Shown here: positions 45,766 to 55,830 of the stretch, in pieces
Numbering within the stretch: the first letter of the stretch is position 1
Layout: each line of letters opens with the position of its first letter
Translations under genes and position numbers: made by a program
Source of the DNA: an uncultured Candidatus Saccharibacteria bacterium
GTDB lineage: Bacteria > Patescibacteriota > Minisyncoccia > Minisyncoccales > JANBVM01
Direction: 5' to 3'
Length of the DNA: 64,000 nucleotides
Assembly: GCA_964450805.1 (NCBI GenBank)
Contig: CAYVDD010000001.1
Span: forward strand, 134,595 to 198,594
The notes under the pieces: model-generated
Database searches by the model: none
What the model was told of the DNA's origin: nothing
The model's input: the letters and a program-made list of their open reading frames with translations, nothing else

Positions 45766-46989
45766 ATGAAAATAGGATTAGTCACTTTTCATACTTTTTC
45801 CCAGCCAGGCGGAGTAAAAAGGCATATTCTGGATTTGTCAAAAAATCTCAGGGAAAAAGGGCATAAAACAAAAATCATTGTTCCAAGAAGAAAAAGGTCA
45901 GAGAATTACGGCAAGGATGTAATTCTTTTGGGCACTTCTTTTCCAATTGATTTTAGCGGAACCCAAGCTGATCTTGATATTAATTTTAATCCAATATCCA
46001 TTGAAAGAAATTTAAAAAGAGAAAAGTTTGATGTTTTACACCTTCATAATTTTGGCTTTCCTTCAATCTTGCAGATTTTAATCAGTCCTTCAGCTTCAGA
46101 CACTTTAAATGTTTTAACCTTTCATTCTAATATGGAAGGCAGCGGTCTTTTAAAGAATTTCCCTAGTTTTTTGTACCTTTTAAATAAAATCTGTCAGTGG
46201 AAAATAGATGGAGTAATAGGTGTTGCTCCTTTAATTATGAATTATTTTAAAAACTACAAAGGACCTAAAAAAGTTATTTCCAATGGCATAGATCTAGATA
46301 AATTCAACATTAATGTTTCAAAAATAAGGAAATATTGCGATGATAAGATTAATCTTTTATTTGTTGGAAGAATTGAGGAAAGAAAGGGTTTAATTTATCT
46401 TTTAAGAGCTTTTAAGATTCTGAATAAGAGGTTTTCAAATTTAAGATTGATTATAGTGGGTGATGGTCCTTTAGAGCAGGAATGCAAAAGGTATGTTAAA
46501 AATAACAAGCTTAAAGAAGTAATTTTTGAAGGCAGGGTAAAAGGAAATATTGCTCATTATTACAGAACAGCTGATATTTTTATCAGCCCTGCACTTTATA
46601 GAGAAAGCTTTGGATTAGTACTTTTAGAAGCAATGGCTTGTGGAGCACCGGTTGTTGCGTTTGCTAATCAAGGGTATAAAGAGGTTTTAAAGAATAAATC
46701 TTCAGGAAGATTTTTAACAAAACCAAAAGATTACAAATCACTTGCTAAGAAAATAGAGATGCTGGTAAAAAACCCTGGTTTAAGAGAGAAAATTTCCAAA
46801 AAGGGAATTAAAGAAGTAAAACAATATTCCTGGCAAACTGTTACAAACCAGATTTTAGATTTTTATAAAGTCTGTCAAAAATACAAATCTCACAAAAAAA
46901 ACAATGGCTTTTTTTTAGAAAATGCTTTTAAGAAATTATTAACCAAGGATATTTTGGAGTGGCTGGAAAAAATGATTGAAGAAAGTTAA
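45766..46989 (+). CDS. Glycosyltransferase family 4 (GT-B fold)
   Basis: GGVKRHILDL at the N-terminus, and ESFGLVLLEAMACGAPVVA (the EX7E region). Confidence 0.8.
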   Translation: MKIGLVTFHTFSQPGGVKRHILDLSKNLREKGHKTKIIVPRRKRSENYGKDVILLGTSFPIDFSGTQADLDINFNPISIERNLKREKFDVLHLHNFGFPSILQILISPSASDTLNVLTFHSNMEGSGLLKNFPSFLYLLNKICQWKIDGVIGVAPLIMNYFKNYKGPKKVISNGIDLDKFNINVSKIRKYCDDKINLLFVGRIEERKGLIYLLRAFKILNKRFSNLRLIIVGDGPLEQECKRYVKNNKLKEVIFEGRVKGNIAHYYRTADIFISPALYRESFGLVLLEAMACGAPVVAFANQGYKEVLKNKSSGRFLTKPKDYKSLAKKIEMLVKNPGLREKISKKGIKEVKQYSWQTVTNQILDFYKVCQKYKSHKKNNGFFLENAFKKLLTKDILEWLEKMIEES

Positions 46990-48398
46990 AATTTTTTTAC
47001 TTTTGATCCTTTTTCAGTATCCTCAACCTTATATCCCATATCTTTAATTTGTTTTCTTAATTGGTCAGATTTTTTCCAATTATCTTTTTTTCTAAATTCT
47101 TCTCTTTTTTTAACTAAATCTTTTACTTTTTGAGGAATTTTTATTTCCTTTATTCCTTTTAAATTCAAACCAAAAACCTTATCAAAATCTAAAACAAGCT
47201 TGTATTTGTCCTTATTTGATATGTTTTTATCTTTAATTAAGTCCCACATTAAAGCTAAAGCTTTTGGCATATTTAAATCATCACTAATAGCTTTCAAAAA
47301 ATTCTCTTTATAAAGCTGATTTTTTTTATTGCTTTTAGTTATTGGCTTTGTGCTATGTGTTTTTATTTCTATCAGTCTTTCATATAAATTCTCTAATGCA
47401 TTCTGAGCCGATTCCAAAACTTTCCAAGAAAAAGTAAGCTTGGAGCGATAATGAGCATTAAGTGTTAGATAACGATAGGCAAGAGGATTAAATCCCTTTT
47501 TAATTAAATCATTCAGAATAATAATATTTCCTTCTGATTTTCCCATTCTGCCTTGTTTCAAAATTAAAAACTCTCCATGGAGCCAGATTCTTACTACTGG
47601 ATGATTATATGCGCCAATGTTCTGAGCTCTTTCATTGGTGTGATGGACTGGAATATGGTCAATTCCTCCGCAGTGAATATCAAATTCTTTTCCTAGATAT
47701 TTTATGCTCATTGCTGAACATTCAATATGCCAGCCTGGAAAACCCTTGCCCCAGGGAGAATCCCAGTTCATAATATGGTTTTTGTGTTCTCCAACAAGTT
47801 TTAACCATAAAGCAAAATCTCTTGGATTTCTTTTGTCAGTTTTTTTATCAACACTGATTCCTTGCTGCATTCCTTTTAAATCCAGCCTTGCTAGCTCTGG
47901 ATATTCTTTTAATTTTGAAGTATCAAAATATACTGCTGAATCAGTCTCATAAGCATAGCCATTTTTAAAAAGTTTTTTAATTATGTTAATTTGCTCTTTA
48001 ATGTGTTTTGTTGCTTTACACCAGATATCTGGCTCTATAATATTTAAATTTTTTAAATCTTTTTTGAAAGCTTTTGTATAAAAATCAGCTATTTCTAATA
48101 TTGATTTTTCATTCAATTCTTTTCCTTCTCTTTTTAAAGCTTTTATCATTTTATCTTCTCCGCTATCAGCATCAGAGGTTAAATGGCCTACATCAGTAAT
48201 ATTCATTACGTGTTTTACTTTATAGTTGTTGTATTTTAAGACTCTTTTTAAAATGTCTTCAAAAAGATAGGTTCTTAAATTTCCAATATGTGGGAACCAA
48301 TAAGCTGTAATGCCGCAAGTATAAAGTCCAACCCTTGCTTTTTTTAATGGCTTAAAGACCTCTTTTTTACGAGTTAATGTGTTGTATAGTTTTAACAT
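46986..48398 (-). CDS. cysS: Cysteine--tRNA ligase
   Basis: HIGNLRTY (HIGH), the CGGIDHIPVHH zinc site and RMGKSEGN (KMSKS). Confidence 0.92.
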   Translation of the reverse strand: MLKLYNTLTRKKEVFKPLKKARVGLYTCGITAYWFPHIGNLRTYLFEDILKRVLKYNNYKVKHVMNITDVGHLTSDADSGEDKMIKALKREGKELNEKSILEIADFYTKAFKKDLKNLNIIEPDIWCKATKHIKEQINIIKKLFKNGYAYETDSAVYFDTSKLKEYPELARLDLKGMQQGISVDKKTDKRNPRDFALWLKLVGEHKNHIMNWDSPWGKGFPGWHIECSAMSIKYLGKEFDIHCGGIDHIPVHHTNERAQNIGAYNHPVVRIWLHGEFLILKQGRMGKSEGNIIILNDLIKKGFNPLAYRYLTLNAHYRSKLTFSWKVLESAQNALENLYERLIEIKTHSTKPITKSNKKNQLYKENFLKAISDDLNMPKALALMWDLIKDKNISNKDKYKLVLDFDKVFGLNLKGIKEIKIPQKVKDLVKKREEFRKKDNWKKSDQLRKQIKDMGYKVEDTEKGSKVKKF

Positions 48399-48549
48399 AG
48401 ATTATATCTGGGTCTATTATAGTAAATTTTGACTGTTTGACAAAATTAAGAAATTTATTACACTGAAAAACATTATATAATTTAATAGGACTTTTAAAAA
48501 AACACAATAAAAATAAGTGATGTAATTGAGCAGAGAAAGTCTATCCACA

Positions 48550-49413
48550 ATGGATAGATTATGTCCTGAATGTGGCGATCAATCTCTAATAAAAAAAGAC
48601 GGTCAAACCGTTTGTAAAGAATGCGGTTTTGTGGTTTCATATAAAGAAATAGATTGCAAGGGAGGTACAAGACAAAAAGACGATGTTCCAAAATATCCTG
48701 TGAGCGTTATGGGTTATAATAAAAAATTAGGGAGCTATATTGATAGAAGAAATATTGATTCTTCAGGAAAAGAAATTATTCCTAAAACGCAGCTCACAAT
48801 AACAAGGTTACGAAATTATGATAGCAAATTCAAAAGTAGTGAAGAAAGGAAGCTACAAGCTGCAATGGTAGAGTTTAATCAACTTCTCCGTGAAATCTCA
48901 CCTGAAATTAGAATCACAAATACGTTTAAAAAAGAATTTAAGTTCTTTTTTAAAAAAGTTTTAGAAAAAGTTAGTGTTATCGGTAGAAGCTATAAGCTAC
49001 TGGGAGCAGCTACTTTTTGCTTTCTTTATAAGAAAAAAGGAAACCCAAATCCGATAAAACAAATTTCGAAGCTCACTAAAATCGCATTGGGATCTATTTT
49101 CAGACAGTATAGGAATTTGACTAGAATATTTGAGCAAAAGAAGCAACCTCAAAGCTTTGTAAATTATATTTCTAGTGTATCAGCAACTATAGGTATTTCT
49201 ATGAAAACTCAAAAAACAGCATTAGAGATATTTGCTAAGATAAAAAAAGATTTTTCAGGTAAAAGCATAAAAGGGGTAATAGCAGGTCTTTTATATCTTC
49301 TTTGTAAGATTAATGGAGAAGAAAAAACACAAGAAGAAATAGCAAAAGCCAGTAGTGTAGCTGTAGTGACATTACGAAGTCGACTCAAAGATTTAATTGA
49401 AAAAGATTTATAA
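48550..49413 (+). CDS. TFIIB/TFB-like protein (N-terminal zinc ribbon + linker + two cyclin-like repeats)
   Basis: MDRLCPECGDQSLIKKDGQTVCKECGFVV is a TFIIB-type Zn ribbon. SGKEI...RLRNYDSK...EERKLQAAMVEFNQL parallels the B-linker (RLRKWQ...ERNL). GRSYKLLGAATFCFLYK...IFRQYRNLTRIF and GKSIKGVIAGLLYLLCKINGEEKTQEEIAKASSVAVVTLRSRLKDL parallel cyclin repeats 1 and 2. The match is colinear with archaeal TFB. Confidence 0.75.
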   Translation: MDRLCPECGDQSLIKKDGQTVCKECGFVVSYKEIDCKGGTRQKDDVPKYPVSVMGYNKKLGSYIDRRNIDSSGKEIIPKTQLTITRLRNYDSKFKSSEERKLQAAMVEFNQLLREISPEIRITNTFKKEFKFFFKKVLEKVSVIGRSYKLLGAATFCFLYKKKGNPNPIKQISKLTKIALGSIFRQYRNLTRIFEQKKQPQSFVNYISSVSATIGISMKTQKTALEIFAKIKKDFSGKSIKGVIAGLLYLLCKINGEEKTQEEIAKASSVAVVTLRSRLKDLIEKDL

Positions 49414-49512
49414 AAAGAGCTAATAGTCTATAGTTCTCTTTTTTTTATTTAATAAATATAATTTTAATGTTTTTTACTTTGATTTCCCTTAAATTTATGA
49501 TAATATGGCTTA

Positions 49513-50109
49513 ATGGAAAAAGCAGATATTTTAGCTTCTTTAATTATTGGTTTAGCATGCGGACTCATCCTTCCCCATGTTGCCTTTTTTACAGGAATTC
49601 TTCCTGAACAAATATTGAGCTATTTTCTAGTACTGCTGCCTATCTCATCTTTATTGGGTGTCTGGATTTTAGAAGCTGTTTTTAAAAGAACTCGTACTAT
49701 TATACAATTTGGAAGATCGTTTCTGGTTGGAATATTAAATAGTGCCATTGATATGGGAGTATTTGACTGCTTGATATGGTTTTTTTCCATTACTTCTGGT
49801 TGGATGCCTGTTTTGTTTAAAACTATATCTTTCAGCTGTGGAGCAGTAAATTCATATTTTTGGAATAAGTTCTGGACTTTTGAAAAAAAAGATACTGAAA
49901 ATAAAATCAAAGAGGCAGTGCAGTTTTTCCTTATAACTCTTGGAGGGCTTTTAATTCATACTATGATTATTTATATTATGCTGAATATTATTGGCGTAAG
50001 ATTCGGAATGAGCGAAAGGATGTGGGCAAGTGCTGCAAATATAGTTGCTATTTTTACTGGTTTTGTCTGGAATTTTTTAGGCTATAAATTCATTGTTTTT
50101 AAAAAATAA
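49513..50109 (+). CDS. GtrA-family membrane protein
   Basis: Four TM helices, NSAIDMGVF, NSYFWNKFWTF, and NFLGYKFIVFKK at the C-terminus. Confidence 0.75.
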   Translation: MEKADILASLIIGLACGLILPHVAFFTGILPEQILSYFLVLLPISSLLGVWILEAVFKRTRTIIQFGRSFLVGILNSAIDMGVFDCLIWFFSITSGWMPVLFKTISFSCGAVNSYFWNKFWTFEKKDTENKIKEAVQFFLITLGGLLIHTMIIYIMLNIIGVRFGMSERMWASAANIVAIFTGFVWNFLGYKFIVFKK

Positions 50110-50112
50110 ACT

Positions 50113-51237
<1,125 letters not shown>

Positions 51238-51243
51238 TTATAT

Positions 51244-51314
51244 TGCGGGGTCGTCTAATGGTAGGACAAGCGCCTTTGAAGTGCTCGATCTAGGTTCGAA
51301 TCCTAGCCCCGCAG
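51244..51314 (+). tRNA. tRNA-Gln (anticodon TTG)
   Basis: Acceptor tgcgggg/ccccgca. Anticodon stem agcgc/gtgct with loop ctTTGaa. T arm ctagg-ttcgaat-cctag. No encoded CCA. Confidence 0.8.
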
Positions 51315-51323
51315 CTAGCCTAA

Positions 51324-51375
51324 GCGCGGTTCGAGAGACCGAGATGTGTCGGTTCGAATCTTGACGCCAGAGCAG
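51324..51375 (+). other. Decayed tRNA T-arm / 3'-half-like remnants immediately downstream of tRNA-Gln
   Basis: cGGTTCGAGAgaccgag and gtcGGTTCGAATCttgacgccagagca contain T-loop consensus sequences but no complete cloverleaf. Confidence 0.5.
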
Positions 51376-51422
51376 GTTTTAGCTCGCCAATGTATTTTTT
51401 ACAAAAATGAAATAATAAAAAT

Positions 51423-52094
51423 ATGATAAAAGCTATATTTTTTGATTGGGGTAATGTCTTTGAGACACTCCCGAAAGAAAGGGAAAATAAATTAGATGTA
51501 ATCCTAAAACCTTTTGGATTTACTTGGGAGAATTTCCATCCATATTGGAGACAGTTTTATCTTTTGAGGTCAGCTGGGAAGATAACAACCGATAGAGATT
51601 TTGAAATTTACATAAGGAGAGTTTTGCAAAAAAGCATACCCGTAAAAAAAATCATTAAAATCACCATTGATTGCCATATAATTCCTAAGGATCATATTAA
51701 AGTCGTAAAGGAGTTAAAAAAGAAATATAAAGTAGGAGTTTTATCCAATTACGTTGAGGGGTGGATAAAACAGGTTCTTAAAAATTATAGGATCGAAAAT
51801 TTATTTGATTCTCTTACTATTTCTTCGGCAGTCGGAGAAAGAAAACCAAATGCTAAGATTTATTACGAAGCATTAAAGAAATTAGCCGTAAAGCCGAAAG
51901 AATCAGTTTTTGTCGCCGATGAGGTGGCAGAGGATTTAGTTGTGGCAAGCGGTTTGGGAATGAAAACTATTTGGTTTGATACAAAGGCAAAAGGATGGTG
52001 GGGCAAAGACGATAGGGATATTCTAAAGATCTATAAACCAGATGCAACTGTTAAAAATCTTAGAGAAGTTATTGGCACAGTCGAAAGGATGTAA
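51423..52094 (+). CDS. HAD-superfamily hydrolase
   Basis: MIKAIFFDWGNVF (motif I), VLSNY (motif II), ERKPNAKIY and FVADE. Confidence 0.75.
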   Translation: MIKAIFFDWGNVFETLPKERENKLDVILKPFGFTWENFHPYWRQFYLLRSAGKITTDRDFEIYIRRVLQKSIPVKKIIKITIDCHIIPKDHIKVVKELKKKYKVGVLSNYVEGWIKQVLKNYRIENLFDSLTISSAVGERKPNAKIYYEALKKLAVKPKESVFVADEVAEDLVVASGLGMKTIWFDTKAKGWWGKDDRDILKIYKPDATVKNLREVIGTVERM

Positions 52095-52116
52095 AGTTTT
52101 TGGTAGAGTAAATAAT

Positions 52117-52233
52117 ATGATGAGGAAAATTATAGGATTAAAAAGAAAAAAAGTTAGGCTTCTTTCCTATAATCCAGTGTGGAAAAACTTATATGCAAAA
52201 GAAGTAAAATTACTTCGTTCTGTTATAGGATAA
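52117..52233 (+). pseudogene. N-terminal fragment of a GrpB-family (UPF0157) gene, truncated at a cassette boundary
   Basis: MMRKIIGLKRKKVRLLSYNPVWKNLYAKEVKLLRSVIG resembles GrpB N-termini (V.L..YdP.W...F..E...L). It stops after 38 aa, right at ggataatGGTTCTAAC. Confidence 0.5.
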
Positions 52234-52358
52234 TGGTTCTAACGTTGTTCACAATGTCCAACAACATATAATATAATGTCTTTAAATTGGCGAAATTTAC
52301 TTAAGATTGCATATTTCAAAGCAAAAGAAAGCGCTAATCCATCCACCCAGAATGGAGC
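52211..52358 (+). repeat. Duplicated segment A-left (boundary motif, promoter and 5' part of the dCMP deaminase gene); partner at 56507-56653
   Basis: By-eye alignment is near-identical from ggataatggttctaac through cccagaatggagc. Confidence 0.85.
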
Positions 52359-52764
52359 TGTTTTGATTAATGACAAAGGAGATATCATTCTTTCTGCGGT
52401 AAATAGTTTTCCAGAAGGAGTAGCAAGAACTCAAGAGCGAAACGTTAAGCCCTTACGTTTTAAATTCAGCGTACATGCAGAACGTAATGTGATTTTTCAA
52501 GCTGCAAGGCTTGGTATAAAAACAAAAGGACTTACTATGGTATGTCCATGGGCAGCATGTAGTGATTGTGCTCAGGCCATAATTCAAGCAGGTATTAAAC
52601 GATTAGTAGTCCACAAACAAGCCCTTAATAGATCTAGTAGATGGCAGGAGAACATAGAACTTGCTTTTGCTATGCTTCGCGAAGCTAGGGTTAAAATTAT
52701 TATTTTTGACGGTAAGATAGGGGTGGGTAAGATTTTACGAAGCAAAGAATTTTGGAATCCATGA
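52276..52764 (+). CDS. dCMP/CMP deaminase (ComEB-like, zinc-binding)
   Basis: VHAERN (the HAE zinc/catalytic motif) and CPWAACSDCA (CxxC). Confidence 0.8.
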   Translation: MSLNWRNLLKIAYFKAKESANPSTQNGAVLINDKGDIILSAVNSFPEGVARTQERNVKPLRFKFSVHAERNVIFQAARLGIKTKGLTMVCPWAACSDCAQAIIQAGIKRLVVHKQALNRSSRWQENIELAFAMLREARVKIIIFDGKIGVGKILRSKEFWNP

Positions 52765-52840
52765 TAGATGAACTTATTTTTTTTATTAAACTTGTATAAA
52801 AGAGATTCTAACCTCGTCCAGTCCCCGGAGTTATTTTGCC
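52574..52840 (+). repeat. Duplicated segment A-right (3' part of the deaminase gene + downstream boundary); partner at 56654-56921
   Basis: The coding part is almost identical; I saw one mismatch (cgattagtag vs cgattggtag). The flank is more diverged. Confidence 0.85.
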
Positions 52841-52876
52841 GAGATTGTTTCTCGAGTTCTTGTTATAATGGAGTAT

Positions 52877-53428
52877 ATGAAAATAACAAAGCGAGAGACA
52901 GTTTATAAGGGTAAATTCATAAAAATTGTGGCTAAGCATTTTGAGAGAGAAAACGGAAGAAAAGGAATATGGGAGACATTAGAAAGAATTATCCCCCAAA
53001 AGAAAGCAGTAGTAGTTTTTGCCCTAACTAAAGACAAAGAAGTAATTTTAGAAAAAAGCTATAGAATTCCATTTGAGTGTTATGTTTTAGAGCTTCCTGC
53101 TGGTCTTTGTGATAAAGAGAACGAAAGCGAAAAAGAAGTGGCTAAAAGAGAGCTTTTAGAAGAGACAGGTTATAAAGCAAAGGAACTTATTCGCATTTTC
53201 TGCACTACAGGCGATATGGCTTTAACAGACTTAGAAATAGTTTATTTTTTTGCTCCTGACGTTGAATTTATAGGGAATATAAATAAGGATGATGCAGAAG
53301 AGATTGAGGTAGTTAAAGTTCCTCTTGAACAACTGGTTGATACAGCCATCAATCCTCCTCAAGGAATTAAAATAAGCTTTGATCTACTATCAGTTTTACC
53401 AGTTTTACGAAAGAAAGATTTGATATAG
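52877..53428 (+). CDS. NUDIX hydrolase (ADP-ribose pyrophosphatase-like)
   Basis: ELPAGLCDKENESEKEVAKRELLEETGY Nudix box. The ATG at 52868 overlaps the -10 TATAAT (52864-52869). The ATG at 52877 lies 7 nt after it. Confidence 0.78.
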   Translation: MKITKRETVYKGKFIKIVAKHFERENGRKGIWETLERIIPQKKAVVVFALTKDKEVILEKSYRIPFECYVLELPAGLCDKENESEKEVAKRELLEETGYKAKELIRIFCTTGDMALTDLEIVYFFAPDVEFIGNINKDDAEEIEVVKVPLEQLVDTAINPPQGIKISFDLLSVLPVLRKKDLI

Positions 53429-53586
53429 TTGCTTTTTAGTTAACTTTTGATCAAACAGGTTCTAATATCGTCCGTCCCTCGGAGAGTTCGAGACCTGTTA
53501 GCCTGAGGCGGTAGTGCAACCTGAAGGCGTAGTTTAGGGACTCGCTCAAAGAGCGGTTTTTTGGTAGAATGGTTTAATATAAAAAT

Positions 53587-54228
53587 ATGATTTCATTTGT
53601 ATATTTTGATTTAGGTGGAGTTGTGGTGAGGGATCTTTATGAAGCAGATAAATGGACTGATATGAAGCGTGATATTGGAATAAAAGTTGAAAGTGACAAA
53701 GAATTCGATCGGTTTTGGGAGAAGCATGAAAAAGAAGTTTGTACAGCAGATAAAGATGTCGACACGTTAATTCCTTTACTTGAAAAGAAATTTCATTTGA
53801 GTTTTCCTGCTGGCTTTTCAATATTAGCGGATTTCGTCAGTAGATTTGAACCGAATAAAGAAATTTGGCCAGTTCTTGAGAGAATTAAACAAGATTGTAA
53901 GATTGGTCTCTTGACTAATATGTATCCGCGAATGTTCTCTGCCATAACGGAAAAAGAAATTATGCCTCCAGTTACTTGGGATGTGATTATTGATTCCAGT
54001 ATTGAGGGTTGCCGAAAACCAAATTCAGGTATTTTTGAACTTGGTGAGCAAAAAGCCGATGTTAAGAAGGATAATATATTATTTATAGACAATAAAATTA
54101 AGAATATAAATGCGGCCAAGGATTTCGGTTGGCAAACTTTTTTCTATGATATTGGAGACCATAAAGAATCCTGTTTCGAACTTTTACATTATTACAATCA
54201 AAAAAAAAGTGCAAAGGTTGTTAAATAA
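53587..54228 (+). CDS. HAD-superfamily hydrolase
   Basis: MISFVYFDLGGVVV (motif I), LLTNM, CRKPNSGIF and FIDNK. Confidence 0.72.
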   Translation: MISFVYFDLGGVVVRDLYEADKWTDMKRDIGIKVESDKEFDRFWEKHEKEVCTADKDVDTLIPLLEKKFHLSFPAGFSILADFVSRFEPNKEIWPVLERIKQDCKIGLLTNMYPRMFSAITEKEIMPPVTWDVIIDSSIEGCRKPNSGIFELGEQKADVKKDNILFIDNKIKNINAAKDFGWQTFFYDIGDHKESCFELLHYYNQKKSAKVVK

Positions 54229-54358
54229 ATAATCAAATATAGAATTGAATATAATTGTATAGAGAATTGCCAGAAAGGCGATTCTAGTGCTCGGTATCGG
54301 GAGACCGAGACGCGTCACATGTGTTATAATAAAAAAGATTATTAAACCTAAAATAATT

Positions 54359-55258
54359 ATGCAAAATAAAGCCTTTTCTAAAATATTAGTTTTAATTATT
54401 CTCGTTGTTATCATTAGTGGAGGGATTTTGATTTCTCAGAAAGTATCACCAGTGGCCGCACTTGATGAGTCAAATCCCTGGCTATTTATTCCAGTTGGTG
54501 ATGATTACATGGTAATCCATGAAGGACAATCAGGGATTGTTGAATATAAAGAGGGGACAAAAATTCAAGTAAATGGTTTTAATCTCGGTAAGGTTGAATT
54601 TCGGGCTACTTCCATAGAAGGTGAGGAAAATATTCTAATAGGAACTGCTGTAAAAAGAGAGAAAGCATATCTGGAAGAAAAAGGAGAGTCTTGGTTTTTT
54701 ACTTTTCCCTCTAACCAAACTATATCTAATCTTCTAGCCATCGCCTTTGATTCAAAAGGAAATGAAGCTGGAAGAATTAATTTTCCGTATTTTGAGAATG
54801 TCACAAAAGAAGAAAGGGAAGAAATTGCTAACTGGAAAACTTATAGCAACGAAAAATATGGATATGAGATAAAATATCCAGCTCATTATACAGCAAAAGA
54901 ATCTGACCAAGGAAAGAGTTTAATTATAGGAACCCGTGTTATATATTGTTACAGTATTTCAATCACAGAAAATGTTTCTTCTTTGGAAGAATTAAAATCT
55001 TCATGGCAGGATTCATTTGATGAATTACTTGGAAAATCTCCTAAACGTCCAGAAATAGAAGTAACCTGGAAAGACACATTGGTTTCCGGGGAAAAAGCAA
55101 TAGAGAGGAGTTATGAGCAGTTTATTGGTGGATACACGGGCATCACTCATTCCACCGGCGTTATAAAAGATTCTACCGCTTATGGAATTAAGTTACAAAA
55201 TGGTTCGGAAGAAGAATATTATAAAATCCTTTCTACTTTTAGTTTTTTGGTATTATAG
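54359..55258 (+). CDS. Hypothetical N-terminally anchored/secreted protein
   Basis: The start MQNKAFSKILVLIILVVIISGGIL (signal anchor) was chosen. A TGtTATAAT promoter lies at about 54327-54335. Confidence 0.5.
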   Translation: MQNKAFSKILVLIILVVIISGGILISQKVSPVAALDESNPWLFIPVGDDYMVIHEGQSGIVEYKEGTKIQVNGFNLGKVEFRATSIEGEENILIGTAVKREKAYLEEKGESWFFTFPSNQTISNLLAIAFDSKGNEAGRINFPYFENVTKEEREEIANWKTYSNEKYGYEIKYPAHYTAKESDQGKSLIIGTRVIYCYSISITENVSSLEELKSSWQDSFDELLGKSPKRPEIEVTWKDTLVSGEKAIERSYEQFIGGYTGITHSTGVIKDSTAYGIKLQNGSEEEYYKILSTFSFLVL

Positions 55259-55283
55259 TCCCGATATGTGATAAAATAAAAAT

Positions 55284-55595
55284 ATGCTAAAGATAAATTC
55301 AATAGAAAAGATTTATTTACTGTTCGGGTTAAGTATTCTTTCTGTCATTCTGCATAATGCTATTTCGGCTTATTTCAAGATTGAAGAGCCAGTATTTTTC
55401 ATTTTGACTTTTCTTTTTCTTCTTGCTTTCGTTATTTCCGTCATTTACTACACAGTTTCTTATATCAAGAAAGGGGAGCCGAAAGATTTGTGGAAAATCG
55501 GCTTTTTGGGACTACTCGGATTATTTGGATTGGTCGCCAGTCCTGGTTTCTACGGTCTTTTCGGTCTATTCGGATTTTTCGGAGCAAGAAATTGA
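55284..55595 (+). CDS. Hypothetical small membrane protein with a C-terminal GLFG-repeat segment
   Basis: Two TM helices, then GFLGLLGLFGLVASPGFYGLFGLFGFFG. Confidence 0.45.
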   Translation: MLKINSIEKIYLLFGLSILSVILHNAISAYFKIEEPVFFILTFLFLLAFVISVIYYTVSYIKKGEPKDLWKIGFLGLLGLFGLVASPGFYGLFGLFGFFGARN

Positions 55596-55605
55596 AGAGG
55601 CATAA

Positions 55606-55657
55606 AAAATGAGACACCGTGAGACACCCTTAAATATTGTCTCATTTGTCTCATTTT
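55606..55657 (+). terminator. Ornate terminator hairpin built from TGAGACA heptads
   Basis: aaaaTGAGACAccgTGAGACA (5' arm) pairs with TGTCTCAttTGTCTCAtttt (3' arm). A fifth TGAGACA copy lies at 55690-55696. Confidence 0.55.
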
Positions 55658-55830
55658 AGCTTCAAAACGCCCCGACCGAGGCGGGTTGATGAGACAACTC
55701 AAAAAGGTCCAAATTACTCTTTAAAATCTCGGTTCTAGACCGAGGATGCCAACACTCAATTTTGAACTCAAAATTAATTAGCTCCCATGAAAGATAGAAC
55801 TCTTTGGTATTTTTTGATAAGATAAAAAAG

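Noticed and set aside
52042-52116. The longer version of the GrpB-fragment ORF, starting at 52042
   Set aside because: That part lies inside the 3' end of the HAD gene (51423-52094) in another frame. Only the portion from the ATG at 52117 resembles GrpB.
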